In this document: positions 39,075-48,664 of the stretch, piece by piece
How the letters are laid out: every line of letters begins with the position of its first letter
Position numbering within the stretch: the first letter of the stretch is position 1
Source: Clostridia bacterium
GTDB lineage: Bacteria; Bacillota; Clostridia; RGIG6154
Direction: 5' to 3'
DNA length: 64,000 bases
Assembly (NCBI GenBank): GCA_045589295.1
Contig: JAZNOU010000020.1
Location: 1 to 64,000, forward strand
The notes under the pieces: generated by a model
The model's database searches: none
What the model saw: only the letters and a program-made list of their open reading frames with translations
Told to the model about the DNA's origin: nothing
Made by a program: the position numbers and the translations under genes

Positions 39075-41269
39075 CAGTATTTAAGCCTTTCTTTAAGCCC
39101 TGAAAATCTGTTGATTTCCGAATTGTTTTTCACCATCTGCTCTAACACAGATATCTGACCTACCAGTACAACAAGTTTTTTTGCCCTTGTAACTGCGGTA
39201 TACAAAAGGTTCCTGTTAGTAAGAGTTATTGCACCGGGGTACATTGGTATAACAACCACGGGAAATTCACTTCCCTGACTTTTATGAATTGTGGTTGCAT
39301 ACGCTTGTTCCAAATCTGATGCATACGAAAACGGATACATAACCTCTTTATCACCATCAAAAGTTATATCCATAAATTCATATTCTTTGTCTATTTTTTC
39401 AACAATCCCAATATCTCCGTTAAAAAGTCCAAAACCAACATCTTTTTGGGTTTCACTTTCCCACTCGATATCATAATTATTCTTAACCTGCATTACTTTA
39501 TCAAGTTCACGAAACAAAATGTTTCCTATTTCCTTTTCGTTTTTTACGGATGTTTTAGGATTTAATGCTTCCTGAAGTGCACTATTTAGTGCATTTACGC
39601 CAACCGCACCTTTTCTCATTGGGGTCAAAACCTGAATATCGCAAAACGGATCTAAATCATAAGTTTTTGGAAGTCTTGTTTTAACAAGTTCTACTATTGT
39701 TGAAATAATCTGCTCTGGGCTATTTCTTTGCATAAAGAAAAAGTCTTTATCTTTTTCATTCAAAAGTGGCATTTGCCCCTTGTTTATTCTGTGAGCGTTT
39801 ACCACAATCATACTCTCGCTTGCCTGCCTGAAAATCTCAGTCAGCTGAACTGTTTCAATCCCATCGCTTGCAATAATATCTCTTAAAACGTTTCCTGCAC
39901 CTACTGATGGGAGCTGATCTGCATCACCCACCATAATAAGTGTTGCGTTTTCAGGAATTGCTTTTAAAAGGCTGTTAAAAAGTGACAGATCTACCATAGA
40001 CATCTCATCAATTATAACCACTTTTGCATCCAATGGGTTTGTTTCATTTTTGAAAAATACTGTTTTGTCTTCATCTGACGAAAAATTTGATTCCAACAGT
40101 CTGTGAATTGTCTTTGCCTCGCGATTTGAAAGCTCTGACACCCTTTTGGCGGCTCTGCCAGTAGGGGCTGTTAAAGTTACGGTTTTCCCGCTTAATTCCA
40201 TAGCATTGATAATTGCATTGATTACAGTTGTTTTACCTGTACCAGGTCCACCCGTTACCACTAAAACAGGCATTGTTAGTGCACTTATCACTGCCCTTCT
40301 TTGTGCATCATTTAGCGTTATGTTTGTATGCTTTTCAACTTTTTCCACCAATTTATAATGTTGTTCAGTTTCTTTTTCAGGAAATCTTGCATTAAGTTGT
40401 TTTAAAATATATGCAACATTTTTCTCTGCTACATGCATTGTCGGAAGATATATTGCCTCGCCGTCACTGGTTTTTTCAGAAACTATTCCTCTTTCAATCA
40501 AAAGCTCTGTTATCATATTTGAAACAACACTTTCATCGCACCCAAGAGCAGAGGCGCTTTTTCTTTCCAGTAAAAATCTTGGACAAAATGTATGGCCACC
40601 AAGTGACAATTCCTGCAACACATATTTTATTCCTGATTTTATTCTTTCCTCACTGTTTAAGCTTCCGCCAAGTTTTAAAGCAATTTTATCTGCAGTCTTA
40701 AATCCTATGCCTTGAATTTGCTCACAAAGAATATATGGATTTGCCTTTATTTTCTCAATTGAATTATAACCTAACTTTTTAAATATTTTACCTGAAAAAC
40801 CTATCGAAATATCATATTCCTGCAAAAACATAACTATATTTCTTACACCGAACTGCATCAAATAGGAATTTCCTATTTCATATGCTTTTTTTATGCTTAT
40901 TCCTTTGATGTCAGCAAGTTTTTCAGGTGCGTTTTCAATTACATTTAAGGTGTCTTCCCCAAATACATCTACTATTTTTTTTGCAGTTGCACTGCGTATG
41001 CCTTTAATCATTCCCGAACTTAAATATTTATAAATACTGTCAATTGAATTTGGCGGTGTTTTGGAAAATGCGCACACAGAAAACTGGTGACCGTAAACGG
41101 GATGAGTTTTGTACTCACCTTCAACCGTTATACTTTCACCCGGGGAAATTCCCATAATATTTCCTACAATTGTTATAAGTACACCGCCCGAGTCAATGTC
41201 TGCAACACAGTAGCCGTTATCTTCATTGTAGAAAATTATCTCTTCAATTGTTCCTGTGATTTTTTCCAT
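39074..41269 (-). CDS. recD2: ATP-dependent RecD2-like DNA helicase
   Basis: HhH N-terminus, TGGPGTGKT, APTGRAA, DEMSM, YATTIHKSQGSE, YTAVTRA. Confidence 0.95.
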   Translation of the reverse strand: MEKITGTIEEIIFYNEDNGYCVADIDSGGVLITIVGNIMGISPGESITVEGEYKTHPVYGHQFSVCAFSKTPPNSIDSIYKYLSSGMIKGIRSATAKKIVDVFGEDTLNVIENAPEKLADIKGISIKKAYEIGNSYLMQFGVRNIVMFLQEYDISIGFSGKIFKKLGYNSIEKIKANPYILCEQIQGIGFKTADKIALKLGGSLNSEERIKSGIKYVLQELSLGGHTFCPRFLLERKSASALGCDESVVSNMITELLIERGIVSEKTSDGEAIYLPTMHVAEKNVAYILKQLNARFPEKETEQHYKLVEKVEKHTNITLNDAQRRAVISALTMPVLVVTGGPGTGKTTVINAIINAMELSGKTVTLTAPTGRAAKRVSELSNREAKTIHRLLESNFSSDEDKTVFFKNETNPLDAKVVIIDEMSMVDLSLFNSLLKAIPENATLIMVGDADQLPSVGAGNVLRDIIASDGIETVQLTEIFRQASESMIVVNAHRINKGQMPLLNEKDKDFFFMQRNSPEQIISTIVELVKTRLPKTYDLDPFCDIQVLTPMRKGAVGVNALNSALQEALNPKTSVKNEKEIGNILFRELDKVMQVKNNYDIEWESETQKDVGFGLFNGDIGIVEKIDKEYEFMDITFDGDKEVMYPFSYASDLEQAYATTIHKSQGSEFPVVVIPMYPGAITLTNRNLLYTAVTRAKKLVVLVGQISVLEQMVKNNSEINRFSGLKERLKY

Positions 41270-41281
41270 ATTTTTCTCCGT

Positions 41282-41587
41282 CTATATAAAATCCAAAAGT
41301 TCCTCCGCCGAATTTTCCTTTGAAACAAATCCCGCAAACTCAAAATGATTTCTTAATATTTCAAGTTTTTCCTCACTGATATTCTCATGAAGAAAAACAA
41401 TGCTTGCCTTTTGTTTTTTTAATCTTAAGCAAAGCATTTTAAGATCTGTCTCCTCGTCAATTTTAACTACAAGTGTTGCATTTTGCGGATCAGCATAAAA
41501 CACAATATCCCACAAAAGCGCCAAAACCTGTAAGATACCAAAAACAGTAAAAAAGCAAAGCACTATTTCAAAAAACATAAATTTCAC
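41282..41587 (-). CDS. Hypothetical protein with N-terminal TM helix
   Basis: 101 aa ORF with GGAG SD, co-oriented between rsmI and recD2. Confidence 0.6.
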   Translation of the reverse strand: MKFMFFEIVLCFFTVFGILQVLALLWDIVFYADPQNATLVVKIDEETDLKMLCLRLKKQKASIVFLHENISEEKLEILRNHFEFAGFVSKENSAEELLDFI

Positions 41588-41623
41588 TCCCTCAGTTTAT
41601 AATACTGAAGAAATTTTAATTTG

Positions 41624-42460
41624 TTACTCAATGTTTTCAAGCACAAGCTGATAAACCTCTCTTTTTTGAATTCCCAGTTTTTGAGCTGTTTCTTTTATTG
41701 CACTTTTTTTATCCGTTCCGCCGTCAATTAGTCTTTTAACTTCGTTTAATATGTCCTGTTGGGTAATTTCTGATTTTTCAGGTTCTTTATACCCTTCAAC
41801 TACTAATACAAATTCGCCCTTAGGTTCTTTTTCTTCAAAATATTCAATTGCACCTTTTATTGTTGTCCTTATTACTTGCTCATACATTTTTGTAAGCTCG
41901 CGGCACAGAGAAATTTTTCTGTCGCCCAAAGCCCCGTACAAATCTGAAAGTGTTTTTCTGAGCTTATGCGGTGCTTCATAAAAAATAAGAGTATGAGGCT
42001 GAAGTTTTATTTCTTCCAAATGCTTGTTTCTTTGTGGTTTGTTTACAGACAAAAACCCCTCAAAAGAAAACCTGCCCGTATCAAGTCCTGAAATTATAAG
42101 TGCCTGAACAAACGCACATGCACCGGGTATCGGCACAACATCAATGTCTTTTTCAGCACAAAGTTTAACAATGTCTTCACCTGGGTCTGAAATTGCCGGC
42201 GTCCCCGCATCTGTAACCAATGCGCAGTTTTCCCCATTTTTAATCCTTGAAACAATATACTCTCCGCGCTCTCTTTTGTTATGTTCAAAATAACTTACCA
42301 TAGGTTTTTTAATGCCAAATTTATTAAAAAGCTTTAAAGTGTTTCTTGTATCCTCTGCTGCAACAAAGTCAACATTTTCTAATACCTCTATTGCTCTTTG
42401 TGACATGTCGGAAAGATTACCTATCGGCGTTGCAACCAGATACAACTTATGCTCGCTCAT
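41624..42460 (-). CDS. rsmI: 16S rRNA C1402 2'-O-methyltransferase
   Basis: VATPIGNL, AEDTR, DAGTPAISDPG, YEAPH, RELTK. Confidence 0.97.
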   Translation of the reverse strand: MSEHKLYLVATPIGNLSDMSQRAIEVLENVDFVAAEDTRNTLKLFNKFGIKKPMVSYFEHNKRERGEYIVSRIKNGENCALVTDAGTPAISDPGEDIVKLCAEKDIDVVPIPGACAFVQALIISGLDTGRFSFEGFLSVNKPQRNKHLEEIKLQPHTLIFYEAPHKLRKTLSDLYGALGDRKISLCRELTKMYEQVIRTTIKGAIEYFEEKEPKGEFVLVVEGYKEPEKSEITQQDILNEVKRLIDGGTDKKSAIKETAQKLGIQKREVYQLVLENIE

Positions 42461-43191
42461 TTTTTATCCTCCTTTAAAGCCTTGCTATATAAATTATTGA
42501 TATTTGCAGTATAGTTTCCGTCTTCATCATAAACATAAAGGTTTTCTTCATACCTTAATCCCTTGCCGCCATCTTTTGCACCTTCCACAAGTATAAGTGA
42601 TGGTTCTTTTGCCTGTGCGTTTGAATACACAAACTGAACTCGCTTAGGTTCAATTTTATACTTTTTCATAGTGTAAAATATTTCGGCCAATCTCTCGGGC
42701 TTATGTACCATTGCAATTTTCCCCTTAGAAACCAAAAGCTTTGATGCCCTCATAAACACGTCATCTAAGGTAAGGGTAATTTCGTGACGCGCTATTGCAA
42801 GAGGTGACTCAGGATTTTTAAGACCGCTTCCTGTTTCTTTATATGGCGGATTGCACGTTATATAGTTAAACTGTTCATTTAGGCAAGTTTCTCTCACATC
42901 ACCCAACACTACTGTAATAAGGTTTTGTAAATTGTTTATTTCAACATTTTTTTGTGCAAGCAAAAAGCTTTGCTTTTGAATTTCAATCCCCGTAATATGC
43001 TTTGCCTTTACTTTTGCGGAAAGCAAAACCGGAATTATTCCGTTACCTGTCCCGATGTCTAAAATATTTGCACACTTTGAAGGGTTTGCAAAATTGGCAA
43101 GCAAAACAGCATCTGTCCCGAAACAGAACAGATTTTTATCCTGAACAAGTTTTAAATTATTAATCTGCAAATCATCAATTCTTAAACTCAA
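42457..43191 (-). CDS. tRNA1(Val) A37 N6-methyltransferase-like (YabB-like)
   Basis: DAVLLA, LDIGTGNG, NPPY, ARHE. Confidence 0.9.
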   Translation of the reverse strand: MSLRIDDLQINNLKLVQDKNLFCFGTDAVLLANFANPSKCANILDIGTGNGIIPVLLSAKVKAKHITGIEIQKQSFLLAQKNVEINNLQNLITVVLGDVRETCLNEQFNYITCNPPYKETGSGLKNPESPLAIARHEITLTLDDVFMRASKLLVSKGKIAMVHKPERLAEIFYTMKKYKIEPKRVQFVYSNAQAKEPSLILVEGAKDGGKGLRYEENLYVYDEDGNYTANINNLYSKALKEDKK

Positions 43192-43213
43192 ATCAAATAC
43201 TCCTTAATAAAAC

Positions 43214-43250
43214 AAAAAAGCGATGACTTTTCTGCCATCGCTCTTTTTTT
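43214..43250 (-). terminator. Intrinsic terminator after ferredoxin
   Basis: AGCGATG / CATCGCT stem with flanking T tracts. Confidence 0.7.
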
Positions 43251-43258
43251 GCGTAATA

Positions 43259-43429
43259 TTATTCAGCAACAGGAGCGCCAACAGGGCAAACACTTGCGCA
43301 TGAACCGCATTCGATACATTCATCTGCGTTGATTTCGTATTTACCATCGCCTGCAGCAATGCAAGATACAGGGCATTCGCCTTCACAAGCGCCGCAGCTG
43401 ATGCATTCATCATTAATTACATATGCCAT
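43259..43429 (-). CDS. 2x[4Fe-4S] clostridial ferredoxin (not in the ORF track)
   Basis: Hand translation MAYVINDECISCGACEGECPVSCIAAGDGKYEINADECIECGSCASVCPVGAPVAE; AAGGAGGT SD. Confidence 0.96.
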   Translation of the reverse strand: MAYVINDECISCGACEGECPVSCIAAGDGKYEINADECIECGSCASVCPVGAPVAE

Positions 43430-43503
43430 CGTAGAACACCTCCTTAAACACTATATACATTTTATCACAAATTTTAAATTTTGCAAGTATTTTTTGCAAA
43501 TAG

Positions 43504-44364
43504 TTATTCCAAGTCCTTTAAAAGCTTAAGTTCTTCATCACTTACTTTGATTTTTGCCGATTTTAATACCTTGATTTCACTTACATGGTAAGTCTGAATA
43601 TTGTTTTCGCTTTCGGCAAGTTTAACTTTAAGCATTCCTCTTAAAAGATTCACATCAACAACCGTGCCCTTACCTGACGGTGTCTGCACCTCTGAACCCA
43701 CATTAGGTGTTGATCTGTTAAGGTCCTCATAAGCTTCTTGCTCATACTTTAAGCAACACATAAGTCTTGAACAAGTACCCGAAATTTTTGTAGGATTCAA
43801 CGACAAATTTTGTTCTTTTGCCATTTTGATTGAAACAGGCTCAAAGCCACCAAGGTGCGATGCACAACAAAGTTTTCTTCCGCACACACCAAGACCGCCT
43901 ACAATTTTTGCCTCATCACGAACACCTATTTGGCGAAGCTCAATACGTGTTTTGAAAACAGAAGCCAAATCTTTAACAAGTTCTCTGAAGTCAACACGTC
44001 CATCAGAAGTAAAGTAAAATAAAATCTTGTTCTGGTCAAATGTATATTCAACGTCAACCAGTTTCATGTCAAGATTATGCTTTTGAATTTTTTCATTGCA
44101 TATTTTATATGCTTCTTTTTCCTTTTGCGCATTTTCCTCTGCCTGCTTTAAATCTTTTTCGGTTGCAACTCTTAAAACAGGCTTTAAAGGTGATACAATA
44201 TTCTTATCATCAGACATTTTGTTTGCTATTGCAACAGTGCCCATTTCAACACCTCTTGCAGTTTCTACAATAACGTTTTGCTCTTTATTGTACTTTTTGC
44301 CCTGAGGGTCAAAATAATAAACCTTGCCTGAATTTTTAAATCTTATTCCAACTATTTCAGTCAT
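43504..44364 (-). CDS. ricT: PSP1/YaaT (RicT) family protein
   Basis: YYFDP, RVDFRELV, RQIGVRDEA, CGRKLCC, CSRLMCCL; likely start MTEIV overlapping the holB end. Confidence 0.92.
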   Translation of the reverse strand: MTEIVGIRFKNSGKVYYFDPQGKKYNKEQNVIVETARGVEMGTVAIANKMSDDKNIVSPLKPVLRVATEKDLKQAEENAQKEKEAYKICNEKIQKHNLDMKLVDVEYTFDQNKILFYFTSDGRVDFRELVKDLASVFKTRIELRQIGVRDEAKIVGGLGVCGRKLCCASHLGGFEPVSIKMAKEQNLSLNPTKISGTCSRLMCCLKYEQEAYEDLNRSTPNVGSEVQTPSGKGTVVDVNLLRGMLKVKLAESENNIQTYHVSEIKVLKSAKIKVSDEELKLLKDLE

Positions 44365-45343
44365 GTATTTCCTCCCATACGCCAAGAAGCGTATTTGTAA
44401 CTGTTAACGCAAACGAAGCATTCTTTTTTATATTTTCGTTTGCAACAGAAATTTTTTCAATTATATGATAAATTTTTGAATTGTTAATTCTTGTTGCAAG
44501 TGCAGAAAGTTCTTTGTATAAATCGCTGTTTATAACCGATGTTTCGCACATGTTTGCATTTAAAACCGCACAATCCCTTAAAATTGCAAATATAAAGCTT
44601 AAATTTTCTTCAAAGTTTTCCTTATCATCAGCAAGATAATTTGAAAAATCAAACACCGCTGACTTTTCACTCTTTGTAAGCTTGCCCATGAAAATCAACA
44701 AACGTTTTCTCTTATCAAAAAAACCGTCTTCTTTTAAAAGCTTTTCTGCCCCTACAGGATTTCCGTCGCAAAATTTAGCACAAAAATCCGCCATATCTTT
44801 TTTTTCAGGATATTTTCCTTTAAGGTACTCTGTAACCTGATGCCACGAGGGAAGCCTTAAAGTATACTTTATAAGTCTTGAAAGAACCGTAGGCAAAAGC
44901 TGTTCTTCTTTTGATGCAATCATAATTATAAGCGCATATTCAGGCGGTGCTTCTAAAAGTTTCAAAAGAGCATTCTGAGCCTGGATTGTCATTTTATCCG
45001 CCTCAGGGAAAATGTAAATTTTTTTCCCTTTGAAATATGGCTTTATATAAACTCCCGAAGAAAACTCTCTTATTTCATCAACGCCCATACTTGACTTTTT
45101 AGGTAAAACAACAATTTTATCAGGATGTGTGCCTGCGTTTAATTTAATACAAGAAGGACACACTCCGCAAAAGTTAGCCGATTGTGTTTCACACAACAGC
45201 GCATCTGCTACTGCATGAGCCAAGGTAAGACATTCTTCCTTTTGTCCGCAAAGAAGCATAGCATGACCCAATCGGTTATTTAAGATACTTTGTCTTATTC
45301 CTGATATTATATCATCCTGCCACTTTACAGCTTCAAATCTCAA
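44357..45343 (-). CDS. holB: DNA polymerase III delta' subunit
   Basis: CGVCPSC, HPD, AQNALLKLLE.PP, LLPTVLSR. Confidence 0.92.
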   Translation of the reverse strand: MRFEAVKWQDDIISGIRQSILNNRLGHAMLLCGQKEECLTLAHAVADALLCETQSANFCGVCPSCIKLNAGTHPDKIVVLPKKSSMGVDEIREFSSGVYIKPYFKGKKIYIFPEADKMTIQAQNALLKLLEAPPEYALIIMIASKEEQLLPTVLSRLIKYTLRLPSWHQVTEYLKGKYPEKKDMADFCAKFCDGNPVGAEKLLKEDGFFDKRKRLLIFMGKLTKSEKSAVFDFSNYLADDKENFEENLSFIFAILRDCAVLNANMCETSVINSDLYKELSALATRINNSKIYHIIEKISVANENIKKNASFALTVTNTLLGVWEEIHD

Positions 45344-45376
45344 CTTTAACTCAACCTTTCAAAAATCACACCTTTT

Positions 45377-45405
45377 ATTATACAAAAAAAGCTTAGGTTT
45401 GTCAA
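45377..45405 (-). promoter_or_regulatory. Consensus sigma-A promoter for holB
   Basis: TTGACA, 17 bp spacer, TATAAT on the minus strand. Confidence 0.8.
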
Positions 45406-45416
45406 TAATATGCTGA

Positions 45417-45445
45417 TTGACTTTACAGGCATATAGTGGTAAAAT
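45417..45445 (+). promoter_or_regulatory. Putative sigma-A promoter for the glycosyltransferase
   Basis: TTGACT, 17 bp spacer, TG-n-TAAAAT. Confidence 0.65.
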
Positions 45446-45467
45446 ACTTTACAGAAAGGATGATTGT

Positions 45468-46382
45468 GTGATTGATATTCTTGTTGCAGTTTATAATGGT
45501 GAAAAATACTTAAAGGAACAGTTAAATTCCCTTATAAACCAAACATACAAAGACATTAACATAATAATCCGTGATGACGGTTCAACCGACAACTCTTTGG
45601 ACATAATCAAAGAGTTTAAATTTGAGCACCCTGAAAAAACAACCTTGATTAAGGGTAATCCTACCAAAAGCGCAAAAAACAATTATTTTGAACTTTTAAA
45701 CCACGCAAAATCCGACTACATTATGTTTTGCGACCAGGATGACATCTGGCTTGAAAACAAAGTTGAACTTACTTTAGCCAAAATGCAAGAAACTGAAGAA
45801 ACATACGGCAATAGCATCCCCGTACTTTGTCACGCAGATTTAAAAGTTGTCGACAAAAACTTAAACGAATTACACAAGTCATTTTTTAAAATGCAAAAAT
45901 TTGACATAACAAAAACCTCTTTAAATAGAGCTTTGGTACAAAACATTGTAACAGGGTGTACTATGATGATTAACAAACCTCTTATTGATTTGGCAAAAAA
46001 TACAAATTCTGAAAATGTAATAATGCATGACTGGTGGCTGTTTTTAATTGCCTCCGCTTTCGGCAGGGTTGAAGTTGTAAACTCCCCTACCATTTTGTAT
46101 CGCCAGCACGAAAGTAATCAATTAGGTGCAGGCGATTTAAACAAATTCACATATTACAGCAAAAAGTTTAAAACCGGAAATCGTTTACAACTTACATACA
46201 ATCAGGCAGATGCTTTCTTAAACACTTTTAATGATTTACTTGATGAAAGCCACAAATCAATTATTAAAGAGTATATAAATCTTCAAAATTACAGCAAACT
46301 TAAAAAGATTTTATCTATTGCAAAAAATGATTTCTGGAAACATTCAGCAATAAAAAAAGCAGGGCAGATAATGCTTGTTTAA
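45468..46382 (+). CDS. Family 2 glycosyltransferase (rhamnosyltransferase-like)
   Basis: YNGEKY, DDGSTD, CDQDDIW, MHDWW, YRQH; GTG start after AAGGA. Confidence 0.9.
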   Translation: MIDILVAVYNGEKYLKEQLNSLINQTYKDINIIIRDDGSTDNSLDIIKEFKFEHPEKTTLIKGNPTKSAKNNYFELLNHAKSDYIMFCDQDDIWLENKVELTLAKMQETEETYGNSIPVLCHADLKVVDKNLNELHKSFFKMQKFDITKTSLNRALVQNIVTGCTMMINKPLIDLAKNTNSENVIMHDWWLFLIASAFGRVEVVNSPTILYRQHESNQLGAGDLNKFTYYSKKFKTGNRLQLTYNQADAFLNTFNDLLDESHKSIIKEYINLQNYSKLKKILSIAKNDFWKHSAIKKAGQIMLV

Positions 46383-47314
46383 AAGCATTTATCTCCCTGA
46401 TAAAAGTTATTTTCTGCCATAAATTTATCTATTCCGCCAAGTACTGCAATCTTGTTTGTGCTCCAGCGGGGCGCAATCAGATTTTCTTTTGAACCATCAC
46501 CGGTAATTCTTTCGATTACACACCCAGGCTTAAGATATCTTAACTGATTGCACACTGTTTCAATATAATCACTCATTGACATAGTACCAAGTACGCCTCT
46601 TATAAGCTGACTTTCGCAAACTGTATCTTTCATAACGTGAAGAAGATGAATTTTAACTGCGTCGGGCTCTAATTGTCCGATTTTTTTTGCAGTTTGCAAC
46701 ATCATCTCAGGTGTTTCATCAATAAGTCCGTTAATAAGATGAACGCATGTTCTGATTTTGTTTTGCTTTAATTTATCAAAAGTTTTTTCAAAAGTCTCAA
46801 ACAGATATCCCCTGTTTATTTTTTTTGCGGTTTCATCAAAAATTGTCTGAAGTCCCAATTCAATTGTAAGATACGTTTCTTTTGAAAGCTCTTTTAAATA
46901 CGCTATCTTTTCATCATCCAGGCAATCGGGCCTTGTTGCAACACTTATACCTATAACACCTTCAACCGAAAGTGCCTCTTCATAAAGCTCTTTTAACTTT
47001 TGTATATCCGCATAGGTATTTGTATGCGCCTGAAAATACGCTATAACAGGAACTTTTCCCCACTTTTTATAAATTCGTTCCTGTTCAAGTTTAATTTGTT
47101 GTCGAACGGAAAGTAAAGATGAATTTGTAAATTCTGCCGCCCCGCTTGTGCAATAAGTACATCCGCCCTTGCCACAAGTACCATCAATATTAGGACAAGT
47201 AAAACCCGCATCAATTACAGCCTTAAATACTCTTGTACCAAACTTTTGTAATATATGATAATTGAGCGTATGGTATCTTTTATTATCGCTTGAATATAAA
47301 AATCCACTCTTCAT
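46379..47314 (-). CDS. Radical SAM protein (YhcC/YtqA, TIGR01212-like)
   Basis: FTCPNIDG...GGCTYC, YFQAHTNTY, TRPDC, ELGLQT. Confidence 0.9.
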   Translation of the reverse strand: MKSGFLYSSDNKRYHTLNYHILQKFGTRVFKAVIDAGFTCPNIDGTCGKGGCTYCTSGAAEFTNSSLLSVRQQIKLEQERIYKKWGKVPVIAYFQAHTNTYADIQKLKELYEEALSVEGVIGISVATRPDCLDDEKIAYLKELSKETYLTIELGLQTIFDETAKKINRGYLFETFEKTFDKLKQNKIRTCVHLINGLIDETPEMMLQTAKKIGQLEPDAVKIHLLHVMKDTVCESQLIRGVLGTMSMSDYIETVCNQLRYLKPGCVIERITGDGSKENLIAPRWSTNKIAVLGGIDKFMAENNFYQGDKCF

Positions 47315-48195
47315 AGCAAAAGTTCTGCCGCAACTCCTTCTCTTACACTACCCGTACAAAAACAAATTTCCTCCGAGCCTGAAAGTGTGCACAATGTCAT
47401 AATCGGGCAAAGTCCAGAAACGATTGTATCTGCTCTTTTTTCATCAAATCCTTTAACTTTTTTTCTTTCATCACATGTCATTGTTTTTAGGTTATTATAT
47501 ACCGCAAATACACTCTTAGCGCTCATTTTGTATCCATCTATATTATCCGACCAGATTTTCATATCAATTTTTGCAAGCTCCTTATTGGACCCGCCCAAAG
47601 CAACTATCGGAAACTTGTTGTTTTTAATAATATCAGCTTTTTCAAGCTCGCTTTTTATGAAACTTTCAAGTTTTTGTGTCCCATTTTCGTCAGGCTTGAA
47701 GCTTTCAGTCATCACCACACTGCCTAGTGGCAAACAAACCGCTTTTTCAATCTTGCCGCCTGAAACTAATGCAATTTCAACACTTCCGCCGCCGGTATCT
47801 ATCATATAAAAATCATTATATTTTGCTGTGATTTGAGCGACAAAAACATCGTAATGAGCCTCTTTTAACCCGTCTATAATTTCAACATCAATGTCAAAAA
47901 GGCTTTTAACCTCATCTGTAAAGACAGCGCTGTTTTTGGCACGTCTTAGCGCCTCTGTAGCAACCATTTTTACATTTGAAATACCTTTTTTGTCCAAAAT
48001 GTCTTTAAACTCTTTTATTGCTTCAAAGGTTCTTTTAACCGGTTCTTCTTTTAAAAGATTATCTTTTGTAATTCCTTCTGAAATTCTTACCTGTTTTCGA
48101 AATCTTTCTGTCTGAACAAGCTTGGAATTTTGTTTTTCAAAAATGCCCATTCTTACAGAATTTGAACCAAGGTCAATAACCGCACATTTTGTCAT
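47311..48195 (-). CDS. Ppx/GppA phosphatase family protein (short form)
   Basis: IDLGSNSVR, ATEALR, DTGGGSVE, RADTI, VREG. Confidence 0.9.
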   Translation of the reverse strand: MTKCAVIDLGSNSVRMGIFEKQNSKLVQTERFRKQVRISEGITKDNLLKEEPVKRTFEAIKEFKDILDKKGISNVKMVATEALRRAKNSAVFTDEVKSLFDIDVEIIDGLKEAHYDVFVAQITAKYNDFYMIDTGGGSVEIALVSGGKIEKAVCLPLGSVVMTESFKPDENGTQKLESFIKSELEKADIIKNNKFPIVALGGSNKELAKIDMKIWSDNIDGYKMSAKSVFAVYNNLKTMTCDERKKVKGFDEKRADTIVSGLCPIMTLCTLSGSEEICFCTGSVREGVAAELLL

Positions 48196-48251
48196 ATTTT
48201 TTTAAGCTCCTTTAAGACACCTTAAATTTCATGTAGTGCTGTTACCCTATC

Positions 48252-48662
48252 TTACTTACTACTTACAAGTTTATCAAGTTCCGACTGATATTTTGCAACT
48301 GAAGCATTAAGTCCTGCTTTTAATTCATTAATTTCTTCGTTAAGATGATTTAAAACTTGTTTTGACTTTTCAACTTCAGCATCGGCCTCAGCTTTAACTT
48401 TCTCTGCTTCTTTTTTTGCATCCTCGATGATTTCTTTAGCTTTCTTTTCTGCAGCAAGAATAGCCTCACCTACAAGATTGTTTTTTTCAGTCAAAACATT
48501 CACTTTTTCTTCCAGTTGTTCTTTCTCTTTTTTAATGTCATAAATTTCATCTTCAAGTTCAGTTAACATATTCTGAGTTTTTAAATTAAACTCTGCAATA
48601 TATTCATTTATTATGCTTTTTTTGTAACCGAACAATGCCTTTTTGAATTTGATATTTTCCAT
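48252..48662 (-). CDS. DivIVA-like coiled-coil protein
   Basis: FKKALFGYKK...EYI N-terminus followed by an A/E/K-rich coiled coil. Confidence 0.6.
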   Translation of the reverse strand: MENIKFKKALFGYKKSIINEYIAEFNLKTQNMLTELEDEIYDIKKEKEQLEEKVNVLTEKNNLVGEAILAAEKKAKEIIEDAKKEAEKVKAEADAEVEKSKQVLNHLNEEINELKAGLNASVAKYQSELDKLVSSK

Positions 48663-48664
48663 AA

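Noticed and set aside
43204-43529. Track ORFs 43204-43413 and 43329-43529
   Set aside because: Alternate-frame and antisense overlaps of the real ferredoxin at 43259-43429
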